A DNA stretch of 64,000 bases from an uncultured Tardiphaga sp. (GCA_964244735.1 CAXTJT010000006.1:149041-213040); one strand, 5' to 3'; shown: positions 8,903 through 18,469, counted from the first letter of the stretch. The notes: generated from the sequence alone by a model not told the origin. Made by a program: numbers and translations.

Positions 8903-8933
8903 GTCTCTGGCTTTTCTTTGTAACGAGTGCGTC

Positions 8934-9068
8934 ATGCGTCAGTTTGATCGACCGGCCGGATCGGCGGCGCCCGACCTCAATCGATTTGGTGGGCCTGCGA
9001 CGCTGGTTTGCGCGGCCCTGATGCTCGCCGTCGTCATGCTGGCGCTGCGGATCGTCAGCATCTGGTAA
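8934..9068 (+). CDS. Hypothetical 44-aa single-pass membrane peptide (below the ORF-track size cut-off)
   Basis: My translation: MRQFDRPAGSAAPDLNRFGGPATLVCAALMLAVVMLALRIVSIW. One hydrophobic helix, mostly G/C-ending codons, weak RBS. Confidence 0.3.
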   Translation: MRQFDRPAGSAAPDLNRFGGPATLVCAALMLAVVMLALRIVSIW

Positions 9069-9145
9069 ACGCGCGGTTATTTTCCAATCCTTTACGTCTG
9101 AGCGCTAACGTCGGGCAACGCCACGCCAGACCGGGCCTTGCCGCC

Positions 9146-9670
9146 ATGATCCTCGATTGCCTGCGCCTCGTGCTGTTTCCGGCCTTGATGGCCTATGCGG
9201 CAGCGAGCGACCTGTTCACGATGACGATCTCGAACCGGGTCGCGCTGATTCTGGTGGCCGGTTTTGCGATCCTTGCGGTCGCGGGCGGAATGCCGGCGGC
9301 CGTGCTGGGCATGCACGCTGGCGCCGGTGCGCTGGTGCTCGTCGTCGCCTTTGCCTGTTTCGCTTTTGGCTGGGTCGGCGGCGGCGATGCGAAACTCGCA
9401 GCGTCGATCGGCTTGTGGTTCGGGTTCGCCCATCTGCTCGACTTCCTGCTCTATGCATCCTTGTTCGGCGGCGCGCTGACGCTTCTGTTGCTGCAGGCGC
9501 GGCAATGGCCGCTGCCCAAGGTGCTTTGCAAGCAAGGCTGGCTGCTGCATCTGCATCACAAGGAGACGGGCATCCCCTACGGCATCGCCTTGGCGTTCGG
9601 CGCGCTGCTGGTCTATCCGCAGACCGACTGGATCAAAGCCGTCGATCTGGCGCGTCTTGCCCTGCCCTGA
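9146..9670 (+). CDS. cpaA: Prepilin peptidase CpaA/TadV (A24 family)
   Basis: MILDCLRLVLFPALMAYAAASDLFTMTISN...GGGDAKLAAS carries the two catalytic Asp motifs. ATG 9146 chosen; the upstream extension in the ORF track is Arg-rich junk. Confidence 0.9.
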   Translation: MILDCLRLVLFPALMAYAAASDLFTMTISNRVALILVAGFAILAVAGGMPAAVLGMHAGAGALVLVVAFACFAFGWVGGGDAKLAASIGLWFGFAHLLDFLLYASLFGGALTLLLLQARQWPLPKVLCKQGWLLHLHHKETGIPYGIALAFGALLVYPQTDWIKAVDLARLALP

Positions 9671-9711
9671 GCGCATCTCGCATCTCATTAACTTGAAATA
9701 GATACGGCTCA

Positions 9712-9719
9712 TTAACCAT
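9712..9719 (+). promoter_or_regulatory. Candidate CtrA half-site TTAACCAT (second TTAAC at 9688-9692) upstream of the cpaB-like gene and cpaC
   Basis: Exact TTAACCAT 8-mer in the AT-richer cpaA-cpaB spacer. Confidence 0.35.
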
Positions 9720-9796
9720 GCTTTGACGAATAGCTGTTCAACTCCAACAGACAGCGACGTTTAGCGTCGCGGCGTTTGGTGGAAAGTTGAAGGGCA

Positions 9797-10090
9797 ATGA
9801 ATACCGCACGCATCGTGGTCCTGACCATTGCCGTCGGCGCTGGCGGCATCGCCGCCTATCTCGCGAGCGGGTCGGATCCGGCGCCTGTCGCCATCAAGGA
9901 GCCGGTCGTTCAACGGCCGACCATGAATGCGCCGGCCGCGACAGCGGACGCAAAGCCCGAGCAATCCGAGAACCTCGCCGATGCCAGCGCCAACGCGCCG
10001 AATACGCGCCACGCCGACGAGCACCGCACCAACAGCAACACCATCAATGTGGTCCGCTACGGCGTGCAGGCCACCACGACGACGAAGTGA
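9797..10090 (+). CDS. cpaB: Truncated CpaB/RcpC-like protein (97 aa; N-terminal anchor and C-terminal tail only)
   Basis: MNTARIVVLTIAVGAGGIAAYLASG is the usual CpaB membrane anchor. The C-terminus is ...INVVRYGVQATTTTK and the middle is low-complexity Ala/Pro/Asn. RBS gaaggg. The stop overlaps the cpaC ATG. Confidence 0.6.
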   Translation: MNTARIVVLTIAVGAGGIAAYLASGSDPAPVAIKEPVVQRPTMNAPAATADAKPEQSENLADASANAPNTRHADEHRTNSNTINVVRYGVQATTTTK

Positions 10091-11553
10091 TGAGGACGCA
10101 CGCGATGATCCGCAGGACAACCCGACCGGTGAAAGCCGCCATGATGCGCACGCTCTTGGCCGGCGCCGCTGTGGCCTTGACGCTGCAACCGATCGCGCCG
10201 GTGCTGGCGACCGAATATCCGATTGCGGCGGCCGGCAGCGGCGTTGGCCAGTTGAATGCCCGCACGATGTCGCTCGGCATCAACAAGTCGGTCGTGATCG
10301 AACTGCCGCGCGAGGTCAAGGACGTGCTGGTCGCCAACCCGTTGATCGCCAACGCCGTCGTGCGTTCGGCGCAGCGCGCTTACATTATCGGCGTGGCCGT
10401 CGGCCAGACCAACATCGTTTTCTTCGACGGCGCGGGGCAGCAGATCGCCGCCTATGACATCGCGGTCACACGCGATCTCAACGGCATCCGCAATACGCTG
10501 CGCCAGGCCATTCCCGGCGCCGACATCCGGGTCGAGGGTCTCGGCGAAGGCATCGTGCTGACTGGCACCGCATCGAGCCAGGCCGAAGCCCAGCAGGCCG
10601 TCGACCTCGGCTCCCGCCTCGTCGGCGGCCTCGAAAAGGTCGTCAACAATATTTCCGTGCGTGGTCGCGATCAGGTGATGCTGAAGGTCACTGTCGCCGA
10701 AGTTCAGCGCAACATCGTCAAGCAGCTCGGTGTCGATCTGTCGGGAACGCTGAGCTACGGCACCGCTGTCGTCAATTTCAACAATGCCAATCCATTTCGG
10801 GCGAATGGCGGCCCCTTGGTCGACACCAACCAGGTGTCGGGCGCTTTTGGATCTGTGCCGTCGGTAAAAGCGACGTTGCGGGCTATGGAAAACGCGGGCG
10901 TCATCCGCACGCTCGCAGAGCCGAGCTTGACGGCGATCTCCGGTGAATCCGCAAACTTTCTGGCCGGCGGAGAGTTTCCGGTGCCCGGCGCGCCGAGCTG
11001 TTCGGGAACAGGGGCCTTAACCCAGTGTACCGCAGCCGTCATCTTCAAGAAATTCGGCATCTCGCTGGGATTCACGCCCGTCGTGCTGAGCGAAGGTCGG
11101 ATTAGCCTGCGCGTCGCAACCGAGGTCTCCGAATTGTCCCAGGACAATTCGGTCACGATCAACGGGGCAACGATACCCGGCATTAAAACCAATCGCGCCG
11201 ACACGACCCTCGAGATTCCATCGGGCGGCTCGATGGTGATGGCGGGATTGATCAAGCAGCAGACCAAACAAGCCATCAGCGGCCTGCCCGGCATGTCGCA
11301 GCTCCCTGTTCTCGGCACGTTGTTTCGCAGCCGCGACTTCGTCAACAACAACACCGAATTGATGGTTTTGGTGACGCCGTACGTCGTTCGAGCCGTCGCC
11401 CAGAAAGACCTGTCGCGCCCGGATGACGGCTTCGCTGACTCCTCCGATCCGCAGGCTGATCTTCTTGGCAGCGTCAATCGCATCTACGGCGTGCCGGGAC
11501 GCGCCGAGCCGGCGCGCGGCTATCGCGGCATTTTTGGATTCATCACGGACTGA
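10090..11553 (+). CDS. cpaC: Tad secretin CpaC/RcpA
   Basis: Signal peptide, a BON-like N-domain (IRVEGLGEGIVLTGTASSQAEAQQAVDL) and a secretin C-domain (LAEPSLTAISGESANFLAGGEFPVP...LMVLVTPYVV). Confidence 0.9.
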   Translation: MRTHAMIRRTTRPVKAAMMRTLLAGAAVALTLQPIAPVLATEYPIAAAGSGVGQLNARTMSLGINKSVVIELPREVKDVLVANPLIANAVVRSAQRAYIIGVAVGQTNIVFFDGAGQQIAAYDIAVTRDLNGIRNTLRQAIPGADIRVEGLGEGIVLTGTASSQAEAQQAVDLGSRLVGGLEKVVNNISVRGRDQVMLKVTVAEVQRNIVKQLGVDLSGTLSYGTAVVNFNNANPFRANGGPLVDTNQVSGAFGSVPSVKATLRAMENAGVIRTLAEPSLTAISGESANFLAGGEFPVPGAPSCSGTGALTQCTAAVIFKKFGISLGFTPVVLSEGRISLRVATEVSELSQDNSVTINGATIPGIKTNRADTTLEIPSGGSMVMAGLIKQQTKQAISGLPGMSQLPVLGTLFRSRDFVNNNTELMVLVTPYVVRAVAQKDLSRPDDGFADSSDPQADLLGSVNRIYGVPGRAEPARGYRGIFGFITD

Positions 11554-11573
11554 GACGGGACGAGGATTTGATC

Positions 11574-12311
11574 ATGACAGCCCATTCACCCGTCCGCTTT
11601 CCGCGTAGCCTCGCGATGGCCGGCGCTTTGCTCGGACTGACGATGGCGCTCGGCGGCTGCACCCATACGGCCGAGGACGTGACCGCCAGCGTGCCGGACG
11701 ACTACCGGCTGCGCCATCCGATCGCGATCCAGGAAGGCACGCAGACGACCGAGGTGTTCGTCGGCACCGCCCGCGGCGGCCTCTCCGCGACGCAGCGCGC
11801 CGACGTCATTGCGCTGGGGCAAACCTGGTTGCGGGAAAGCACCGGCACGATCACGGCCGAGGTGCCGATCCACACGCCGAATGCCGTGGCGGCCAGGGAT
11901 TCCTATCGCGAGGTGTATTCGCTGCTGGTCGCTGTCGGCGTGCCGGCGCGCGGCATCGTGATGCGCACTTACAAGCCCGATGATCCGCGGCTGTTTGCGA
12001 CCATCCGGCTCAAATATCCGAAGCTCGCGGCGACGGCGGGGCCCTGCGGCACCTGGCCGGAAGACCTCGGCCCGTCGATCAAGAACCGGACCTATCTCGA
12101 CAACAAGCCGTACTTCAATCTCGGCTGCGCCCAGCAGCGCAATCTCGCCGCGGTTGTCGCCAACCCGTCGGATCTGGTGCAACCGCGACCGGAAGCGCCG
12201 ATCTATGCGGCCCGGCGCACCGTCGTGCTCGACAAATATCGTCAAGGTCAGCCGACCGCGACCATGAATCCAGATGCCGACAAAGGCAAAATCACCAGTG
12301 TGGGCCAATGA
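11574..12311 (+). CDS. cpaD: Pilus assembly lipoprotein CpaD
   Basis: Lipobox LTMALGGC. CpaD-like ...YRLRHPIAIQEG...NLGCAQQRNLAAVVANPSDL. GAGGA lies 7 nt upstream of the ATG at 11574. Confidence 0.85.
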   Translation: MTAHSPVRFPRSLAMAGALLGLTMALGGCTHTAEDVTASVPDDYRLRHPIAIQEGTQTTEVFVGTARGGLSATQRADVIALGQTWLRESTGTITAEVPIHTPNAVAARDSYREVYSLLVAVGVPARGIVMRTYKPDDPRLFATIRLKYPKLAATAGPCGTWPEDLGPSIKNRTYLDNKPYFNLGCAQQRNLAAVVANPSDLVQPRPEAPIYAARRTVVLDKYRQGQPTATMNPDADKGKITSVGQ

Positions 12312-13573
12312 TCAGTTACGCGCGCCAGAATCAGGATGATCCCGTCGCCGCGATGCCGGCAGCGGACGAACATATTGCGCCCGCACCGCGCGTGTCGGTG
12401 CAGGCGTTCTGCGAAACCGTGGAAACCGCCGCCGCGGTGCAGTCGGCGGGCGAGGATCGCAGGCTCGGCAAAGCACATCTGAAGATTCAGATGGGCGGCA
12501 TGACGGCAGCGGTCGAAGCCTATCGCACGGCCCCGACGCCGAACGTGATTATCCTCGAAACCGAGGGCCGAAGCGACATTCTCGCCGGCCTCGATCAGTT
12601 GGCGGCGGTCTGCGACGCCGGCAGCCGCGTCGTCGTGATCGGCAAGGTCAACGACGTCACGCTGTATCGCGAGCTCGTGCGCCGCGGCGTCAGCGACTAC
12701 ATGATCGGTCCCGTCGCGCCGATCGACGTCGTGCGCGCGATCTGCGGCCTGTTCTCGGCGCCCGAGGCAAAGGCCGTCGGTCGCATCATCGCCGTCGTCG
12801 GCGCCAAAGGCGGCGTCGGCGCGTCGACCATCTCTCACAACGTCGCCTGGGCGATCGCCCGCGACTTGTCGCTGGATTCCGTGGTCGCCGATCTCGATCT
12901 CGCTTTCGGCACCGCCGGCCTTGACTACAATCAGGATCCGCCGCAGGGCATCGCCGATGCGGTGTTCTCGCCGGATCGCGTCGATACCGCGTTCATCGAT
13001 CGCCTTTTGTCGAAATGCACCGACCACCTCAGCCTGCTCGCAGCTCCCGCAACGCTCGAACGCGTCTATGATTTCGGCGTCGAAGCCTTCGACTCGATCT
13101 TCGATACGTTGCGCAGCACGATGCCCTGCATCGTGCTCGACGTGCCGCATCAATGGTCGGGCTGGACCAAGCGGGCGCTGATCAGCGCCGACGATATTCT
13201 GATCGTTGCGTCGCCCGATCTCGCGAACTTGCGCAACACCAAGAATATCTACGATCTGCTCAAGGCTGCGCGGCCGAACGACCGCGCCCCGCTCTATTGC
13301 CTTAACCAGGTCGGCGTGCCGAAGCGGCCGGAGATTGCAGCGAAGGAATTCGCCAAGGCGATCGAAAGCGATCCGATCGCGACGATCCCGTTCGACCCGC
13401 AAATGTTCGGTCTTGCCGCCAATAACGGCCAGATGATCGCCGAGATCGCGGCCGGACATCGGACCACTGAAATCTTCTTGCAGATGGCGCAGCGGCTGAC
13501 CGGCCGCGGCGAAACCAAGAAACCACGATCCTCGTTTTTGTCGCCACTCCTCGAGAAATTGCGAACCCGGTAA
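12308..13573 (+). CDS. cpaE: CpaE/TadZ ParA/MinD-like ATPase with N-terminal pseudo-receiver domain
   Basis: Deviant Walker A VVGAKGGVGAST. ATGA overlap with cpaD. Confidence 0.9.
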   Translation: MISYARQNQDDPVAAMPAADEHIAPAPRVSVQAFCETVETAAAVQSAGEDRRLGKAHLKIQMGGMTAAVEAYRTAPTPNVIILETEGRSDILAGLDQLAAVCDAGSRVVVIGKVNDVTLYRELVRRGVSDYMIGPVAPIDVVRAICGLFSAPEAKAVGRIIAVVGAKGGVGASTISHNVAWAIARDLSLDSVVADLDLAFGTAGLDYNQDPPQGIADAVFSPDRVDTAFIDRLLSKCTDHLSLLAAPATLERVYDFGVEAFDSIFDTLRSTMPCIVLDVPHQWSGWTKRALISADDILIVASPDLANLRNTKNIYDLLKAARPNDRAPLYCLNQVGVPKRPEIAAKEFAKAIESDPIATIPFDPQMFGLAANNGQMIAEIAAGHRTTEIFLQMAQRLTGRGETKKPRSSFLSPLLEKLRTR

Positions 13574-13594
13574 CGGGCGGCATGGAGCGCCATT

Positions 13595-15040
13595 GTGTTT
13601 GGTAAGCGTAGCGGATCAGAAACTGACACCCGGACGGCGCCGGTCCCGATGTCCCCGCAGCCGGCGCCTGCCGCTGCGACGAGCGCGGCGCCGCCGAATG
13701 TGGCATCGCCACCGCTTGCGCCGGCGCGCGCGCCGGTGGTCGAGGCCCGGCGCTCCGAGACGTACTATCAGGTCAAGGCCACCATCTTCGGCGCGCTGAT
13801 CGAGGCGATCGATCTTGCGCAACTTGCCAAGCTCGACGGCGAATCCGCGCGCGAGGAAATTCGCGACATCGTCAACGAGATCATCGCCATCAAGAATATC
13901 GTGATGTCGATCGCCGAGCAGGAAGAACTGCTCGACGATATCTGCAACGACGTGCTCGGCTACGGTCCGCTCGAACCGCTGCTGGCGCGTGACGACATCT
14001 CCGACATCATGGTCAACGGCGCCGGCACGGTCTTCATCGAAGTCGCGGGCCGCATCCAGAAAACCAGCATCCGGTTTCGCGACAATCAGCAACTTCTGAA
14101 TATCTGCCAACGCATCGTCAGCCAGGTCGGCCGCCGCGTCGACGAATCCTCGCCCATCGTCGACGCCCGTCTCGCCGACGGGTCGCGTGTCAATGCCATC
14201 GTGCCGCCATTGGCGATCGACGGCCCGGCGCTTACCATTCGCAAGTTCAAGAAGGACAAGCTTACGCTCGAACAGCTCGTCAAGTTCGGCGCGATCTCGC
14301 AAGAAGGCGCCGAGATCCTGCAGATTATCGGCCGTTCGCGCTGCAACATCCTGATCTCCGGCGGCACCGGCTCCGGCAAGACGACGCTGCTCAATTGCCT
14401 GACGCGCTACATCGACGACGACGAGCGCATCATCACCTGCGAAGACGCCGCCGAATTGCAGCTCCAGCAGCCGCATGTCGTGCGTCTCGAAACCCGGCCG
14501 CCGAACATCGAGGGCGAAGGTCAGATCACGATGCGCGAACTGGTGCGCAACTGCCTGCGCATGCGCCCCGAACGAATCATCGTCGGCGAAGTCCGCGGAC
14601 CCGAGGCGTTCGATCTGTTGCAGGCGATGAACACCGGCCATGACGGATCGATGGGCACGCTGCACGCCAATAATCCGCGCGAAGCCATGTCGCGTTGCGA
14701 ATCCATGATCACGATGGGCGGCTTCTCGCTGCCGTCGCGCACCATTCGCGAGATGATCTGCGCGTCGATCGACGTCATCGTGCAGGCCGCACGTCTGCGC
14801 GATGGCTCGCGCCGCATCACCCACATCACCGAGGTGCTGGGGATGGAAGGCGATACCATCATCACGCAGGATATCTTCCTCTATGACATGATAGGCGAGG
14901 ACGCGAACGGCAACATCCTCGGCCGCCATCGTTCGACCGGCATCGGCCGTCCGAAATTCTGGGAACGTGCGCGTTATTACGGTGAGGAAAAGCGGCTTGC
15001 CGCGGCGCTGGACGCGTCCGACGCCGGCGTTCAGGATTGA
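13595..15040 (+). CDS. cpaF: CpaF/TadA secretion ATPase
   Basis: Walker [13 protein letters not shown], then ...[35 protein letters not shown] start with GGAG 7 nt upstream. Confidence 0.95.
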   Translation: MFGKRSGSETDTRTAPVPMSPQPAPAAATSAAPPNVASPPLAPARAPVVEARRSETYYQVKATIFGALIEAIDLAQLAKLDGESAREEIRDIVNEIIAIKNIVMSIAEQEELLDDICNDVLGYGPLEPLLARDDISDIMVNGAGTVFIEVAGRIQKTSIRFRDNQQLLNICQRIVSQVGRRVDESSPIVDARLADGSRVNAIVPPLAIDGPALTIRKFKKDKLTLEQLVKFGAISQEGAEILQIIGRSRCNILISGGTGSGKTTLLNCLTRYIDDDERIITCEDAAELQLQQPHVVRLETRPPNIEGEGQITMRELVRNCLRMRPERIIVGEVRGPEAFDLLQAMNTGHDGSMGTLHANNPREAMSRCESMITMGGFSLPSRTIREMICASIDVIVQAARLRDGSRRITHITEVLGMEGDTIITQDIFLYDMIGEDANGNILGRHRSTGIGRPKFWERARYYGEEKRLAAALDASDAGVQD

Positions 15041-15050
15041 GAGCGCAGCC

Positions 15051-16391
15051 ATGAACATGCAGACACTGGCCCTCGGCTTCCTTGCCGCCACCGCCGTCGG
15101 GGGCGTTGCCTATGTGTTCATCTATCCGTCGCTGTCCGGCGAGAAGAAGGCCGAGGCGCGCCGAACCTCCGTGGCCCGATCGGAGCCGGTGACGCGTCAG
15201 GTCGACAAGTCGCAACGCACGCGTCGCGAACAGGTCGAAGGCACGCTAAAGGAAGTCGAGGCGCGCCAGAAGAAGGCCAAGAAGGTCGCGCTTGGAATTC
15301 GCATCACACAGGCCGGGCTCACCTGGACGCTGAAGAAATTCATGGTCATCTCGATCATTCTCGGCGGGATCGGCTTTGTCACGCCGCTGCTCGTGAATGG
15401 CACGCTGCTGTCTTTTATGAAGCCCGCGCCGCAGGTGATTCAGGGCCGCACCGTCACCGACACGAACACGGCTCAACTCGTCAACGGCACGGCGATCTGG
15501 CTGATTGCGGCCGCGAAGGACGCGAAGGCCACGCTTGCCATCGTCGATACGACCAACCAGAACGTCTTCAACGGCACGCTGTCGCTGTCGGCGGCCTCCG
15601 CGCAGATGTTCAACTGGCGCGGCTTCGGCTCGGACGGCAAGCAATGGCCGCCGGGCAAATACAACCTCAACGTCGCCGCCAAGGACGCCGCCGGAAATCC
15701 CGTCGCCACGCGCACGCAAGTGCTGGTCGAGGCCGGTCCGGACGCGCCGCCGAGCGGCATCGGCACCACCGTCATGGCATCGCTCGGCCTCGCCTTTGCA
15801 TTCGGCTTTGGCGTTCCGCGTTGGCTGCTCAACCATCTCAAAAAGCGGCGGGAAAAGAAATTTCTCAAAGCCCTGCCCGACGCCGTAGACGTGATCGTCC
15901 GCGGCATCAAGGCCGGCCTTCCGCTGTTCGATTCCATCAAGGTGGTCGCCGCCGATGCGCCCGAGCCGCTGAAAGGCGAGTTCAACGCGATCATCGAAAC
16001 CCAGGCGATCGGCATGCCCTTGGGCGAGGCCTGTACGCGCCTGTTCGAGCGCATGCCGCTGCCAGAAGCGAACTTCTTTGGCATCGTCATCGCGATCCAG
16101 CAGAAATCCGGCGGCAATCTGTCCGAAGCCCTCGGCAACCTCTCCAAGGTGCTGCGCGACCGCAAGAAGATGGCCGAGAAGATCCAGGCGATGTCGATGG
16201 AAGCCAAGGCTTCGGCCGGCATCATCGGTTCGCTGCCGCCGATCGTGATGCTGCTCGTCTATCTGTCGACGCCGGATTACATCTCGCTGCTATGGACCCA
16301 TCCGACCGGACAATTGATGCTGGTCGGCTGCGTGGTGTGGATGACCTGCGGCATTCTCGTGATGAAGAAAATGATCAACTTCGACTTCTGA
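15051..16391 (+). CDS. tadB: TadB platform protein with ~125-aa inserted periplasmic domain
   Basis: The C-terminal two-thirds (KKFLKALPDAVDVIVRGIKAGLPLFDSIKVV...QQKSGGNLSEALGNLSKVLRDRKKM) is a T2SS-F/TadB core. An extra block lies between the first two hydrophobic segments. Confidence 0.9.
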   Translation: MNMQTLALGFLAATAVGGVAYVFIYPSLSGEKKAEARRTSVARSEPVTRQVDKSQRTRREQVEGTLKEVEARQKKAKKVALGIRITQAGLTWTLKKFMVISIILGGIGFVTPLLVNGTLLSFMKPAPQVIQGRTVTDTNTAQLVNGTAIWLIAAAKDAKATLAIVDTTNQNVFNGTLSLSAASAQMFNWRGFGSDGKQWPPGKYNLNVAAKDAAGNPVATRTQVLVEAGPDAPPSGIGTTVMASLGLAFAFGFGVPRWLLNHLKKRREKKFLKALPDAVDVIVRGIKAGLPLFDSIKVVAADAPEPLKGEFNAIIETQAIGMPLGEACTRLFERMPLPEANFFGIVIAIQQKSGGNLSEALGNLSKVLRDRKKMAEKIQAMSMEAKASAGIIGSLPPIVMLLVYLSTPDYISLLWTHPTGQLMLVGCVVWMTCGILVMKKMINFDF

Positions 16392-16402
16392 TTGGTGCCG
16401 TC

Positions 16403-17377
16403 ATGATGCAATTTTTGATCGAGAAGCTGCATGACACGCGGTTTCTCACCATGATGTTCGCGGCGATCGCCGCCAGCGCCACCTGCTATACGCTGATCAT
16501 GCCGATCTTTGCCGGCAACGGTCTCGACAAGCGCATGAAGGCCGTCGCGAGCGAGCGCGAACGCCTTCGGCAGCGCGAGCGCGAGCGGCTTCAGAAATCC
16601 GAGAAGGTTTCGCTGCGGCAGGCGCCGAAGCAGATCGTCAGCCGGGCCGTCGATAGTCTCAATCTCAGCAAGTGGCTGGCGCAGGAGGCCGCCCGCAACA
16701 AGCTGGTGATGGCCGGCTATCGCGGCCAGGCGCCCTATATGACGTTCCTGTTTTTTCGCATGGTGACGCCGATTCTCTTTTTCGCCGGCGCCGTTCTTTA
16801 CGTGTTCGGCGTCTCGCATATGGAGCAGACGACGGCCGTGAAGATCGGCATCTGTCTTGGCGCGGCCTATGCCGGGTTGCAGGCGCCGATGATCTTCCTG
16901 AAGAACGCAATCTCGAAGCGCAAGCTGTCGATCCGCCGCGCGTTTCCGGATGCGCTCGATCTGCTGCTGATCTGCGTCGAATCCGGCATGTCGATCGAGG
17001 CCGCGTTCCGCAAAGTGAGCGTCGAGATCGGGTCGCAATCCGTCGCGCTCGCCGAAGAACTCTCGCTGACGACGGCCGAGTTGTCCTATCTGCAGGACCG
17101 TAAAGTGGCTTACGAGAACCTTGCGATCCGCACCGGGCTGGACGGCGTCAAATCGGTCTGCCTGTCGCTGCAGCAATCGGAGCGCTACGGCACGCCGCTC
17201 GGTCACAGCCTCCGCGTGATGGCGCAGGAAAACCGCGACATGCGCATGAACGAAGCCGAGAAGAAAGCCGCCGCGCTGCCGCCGAAGCTGACGGTGCCGA
17301 TGATCCTGTTCTTCCTGCCGGTGCTGTTCGTGGTCATTCTCGGACCGACCGGCATCAAGGTCGCCGCGATGCAGTGA
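16403..17377 (+). CDS. tadC: TadC platform protein
   Basis: FPDALDLLLICVESGMSIEAAFRKV...QQSERYGTPLGHSLRVMAQENRDMRMNEAEKKAAALPPKLTVPM is a T2SS-F fold family pattern. Confidence 0.9.
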   Translation: MMQFLIEKLHDTRFLTMMFAAIAASATCYTLIMPIFAGNGLDKRMKAVASERERLRQRERERLQKSEKVSLRQAPKQIVSRAVDSLNLSKWLAQEAARNKLVMAGYRGQAPYMTFLFFRMVTPILFFAGAVLYVFGVSHMEQTTAVKIGICLGAAYAGLQAPMIFLKNAISKRKLSIRRAFPDALDLLLICVESGMSIEAAFRKVSVEIGSQSVALAEELSLTTAELSYLQDRKVAYENLAIRTGLDGVKSVCLSLQQSERYGTPLGHSLRVMAQENRDMRMNEAEKKAAALPPKLTVPMILFFLPVLFVVILGPTGIKVAAMQ

Positions 17378-17447
17378 CGTGACGGCAAGCCGTCATCCTG
17401 AGAGGCTGGCCGAAAAAGAAACCCAATGAAACTTGGGGTTTTGAATC

Positions 17448-17590
17448 CGTCATTGCGAGCCGGATCAACGGCGGCGGCTTCGCCGCCGTCGATCCGAGCG
17501 AAGCAATCCAGTCCTTATCTCCACAAGGACTGGATCGCTTCGCCGCACACGGTCTTCGAAGACGAAGACCGTGGCTCCTCGCAAGGACGA
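17448..17590. repeat. REP/MITE-like element, family A, second copy
   Basis: gtcattgcgagcc...gcgaagcaatccag...ctggatcgcttcg...ctcctcgcaaggac, the same architecture as 1611-1744. Confidence 0.8.
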
Positions 17591-17662
17591 ACTCAAACCC
17601 CTGACTTTGTGGAATCCACGTCCGGCCAGACTCTCGGGATGACGCTATGCGTGTCGCAAGAC

Positions 17663-18469
17663 CTACGACCTTTGCTCGCCGGCCAAATCCCGCGCGCCTA
17701 GCCGCGACGGCTTCTTGTCGCTCAGCATCTGCTTGAGATAGGCGACATTGGCGGCGGCCTCGTCCGGCGGAAGATCGGCCTTGACGATGCTTTCGGCCTC
17801 GCTGAAGCGACCCTGAAGTCCGACCACCAGTCCGAGGTTCTGACGGACGCGGATATCGGCTTGCGGATTGGCGTAAGCGCGGCGCAGCGTCGATTCCGCG
17901 CGCGGCAAATCCTTGGTCAGCATGTAGGACAGGCCGAGATTGGACAGCACCGACGGATCCTCCGGCGCGATCTTCAGCGCGCTCGCATAATAGCGCCGCG
18001 CCTCCTCATGCTTGCCCATCTGGTCGAGCGTTGTCCCCTGCACGGACAAAATGCGCCAGTCCGGATTGTCGCGGGTATGCGCCCGTGCCAGCGTATCGAA
18101 AGCCTGCTGGAAGGCGCCATTGTCGGCAAGCGCACGGCCATAGGCCGCCATCAGAGCCTTGTTGCCAGGGTTGGCAATCGTCGCCTGCTCCAACACCGCC
18201 GAGGCCTGCTGACGCTGGCCGTTGGCGCGCAGCGCCTGGCCGTAACGCAAGGCGGCCTCGGCATCCTTGGCGTTGGCGCGGAAGCGATCGCCGTAAACGT
18301 CGATGTCGCGCTGCGGGTCGGCTGCCGGCTTGGTCTCAGGCCGCACCTCGGCGCGGGCGCCGAGCGCGCCGGTGATATCCGGCATGCTGGCCGTCTGGCA
18401 TCCGGCAAGACCCGTCGCGAGCAAGACAACAGCAGCGGCGGAGGTCGGGAGGCGCTTCACAAGAAACAT
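17663..18469 (-). CDS. tadD: TPR-repeat lipoprotein, TadD-like
   Basis: Lipobox LLATGLAGC and several TPR-like repeats. Adjacent and convergent to tadC. ATG 18469 chosen. Confidence 0.75.
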   Translation of the reverse strand: MFLVKRLPTSAAAVVLLATGLAGCQTASMPDITGALGARAEVRPETKPAADPQRDIDVYGDRFRANAKDAEAALRYGQALRANGQRQQASAVLEQATIANPGNKALMAAYGRALADNGAFQQAFDTLARAHTRDNPDWRILSVQGTTLDQMGKHEEARRYYASALKIAPEDPSVLSNLGLSYMLTKDLPRAESTLRRAYANPQADIRVRQNLGLVVGLQGRFSEAESIVKADLPPDEAAANVAYLKQMLSDKKPSRLGARDLAGEQRS

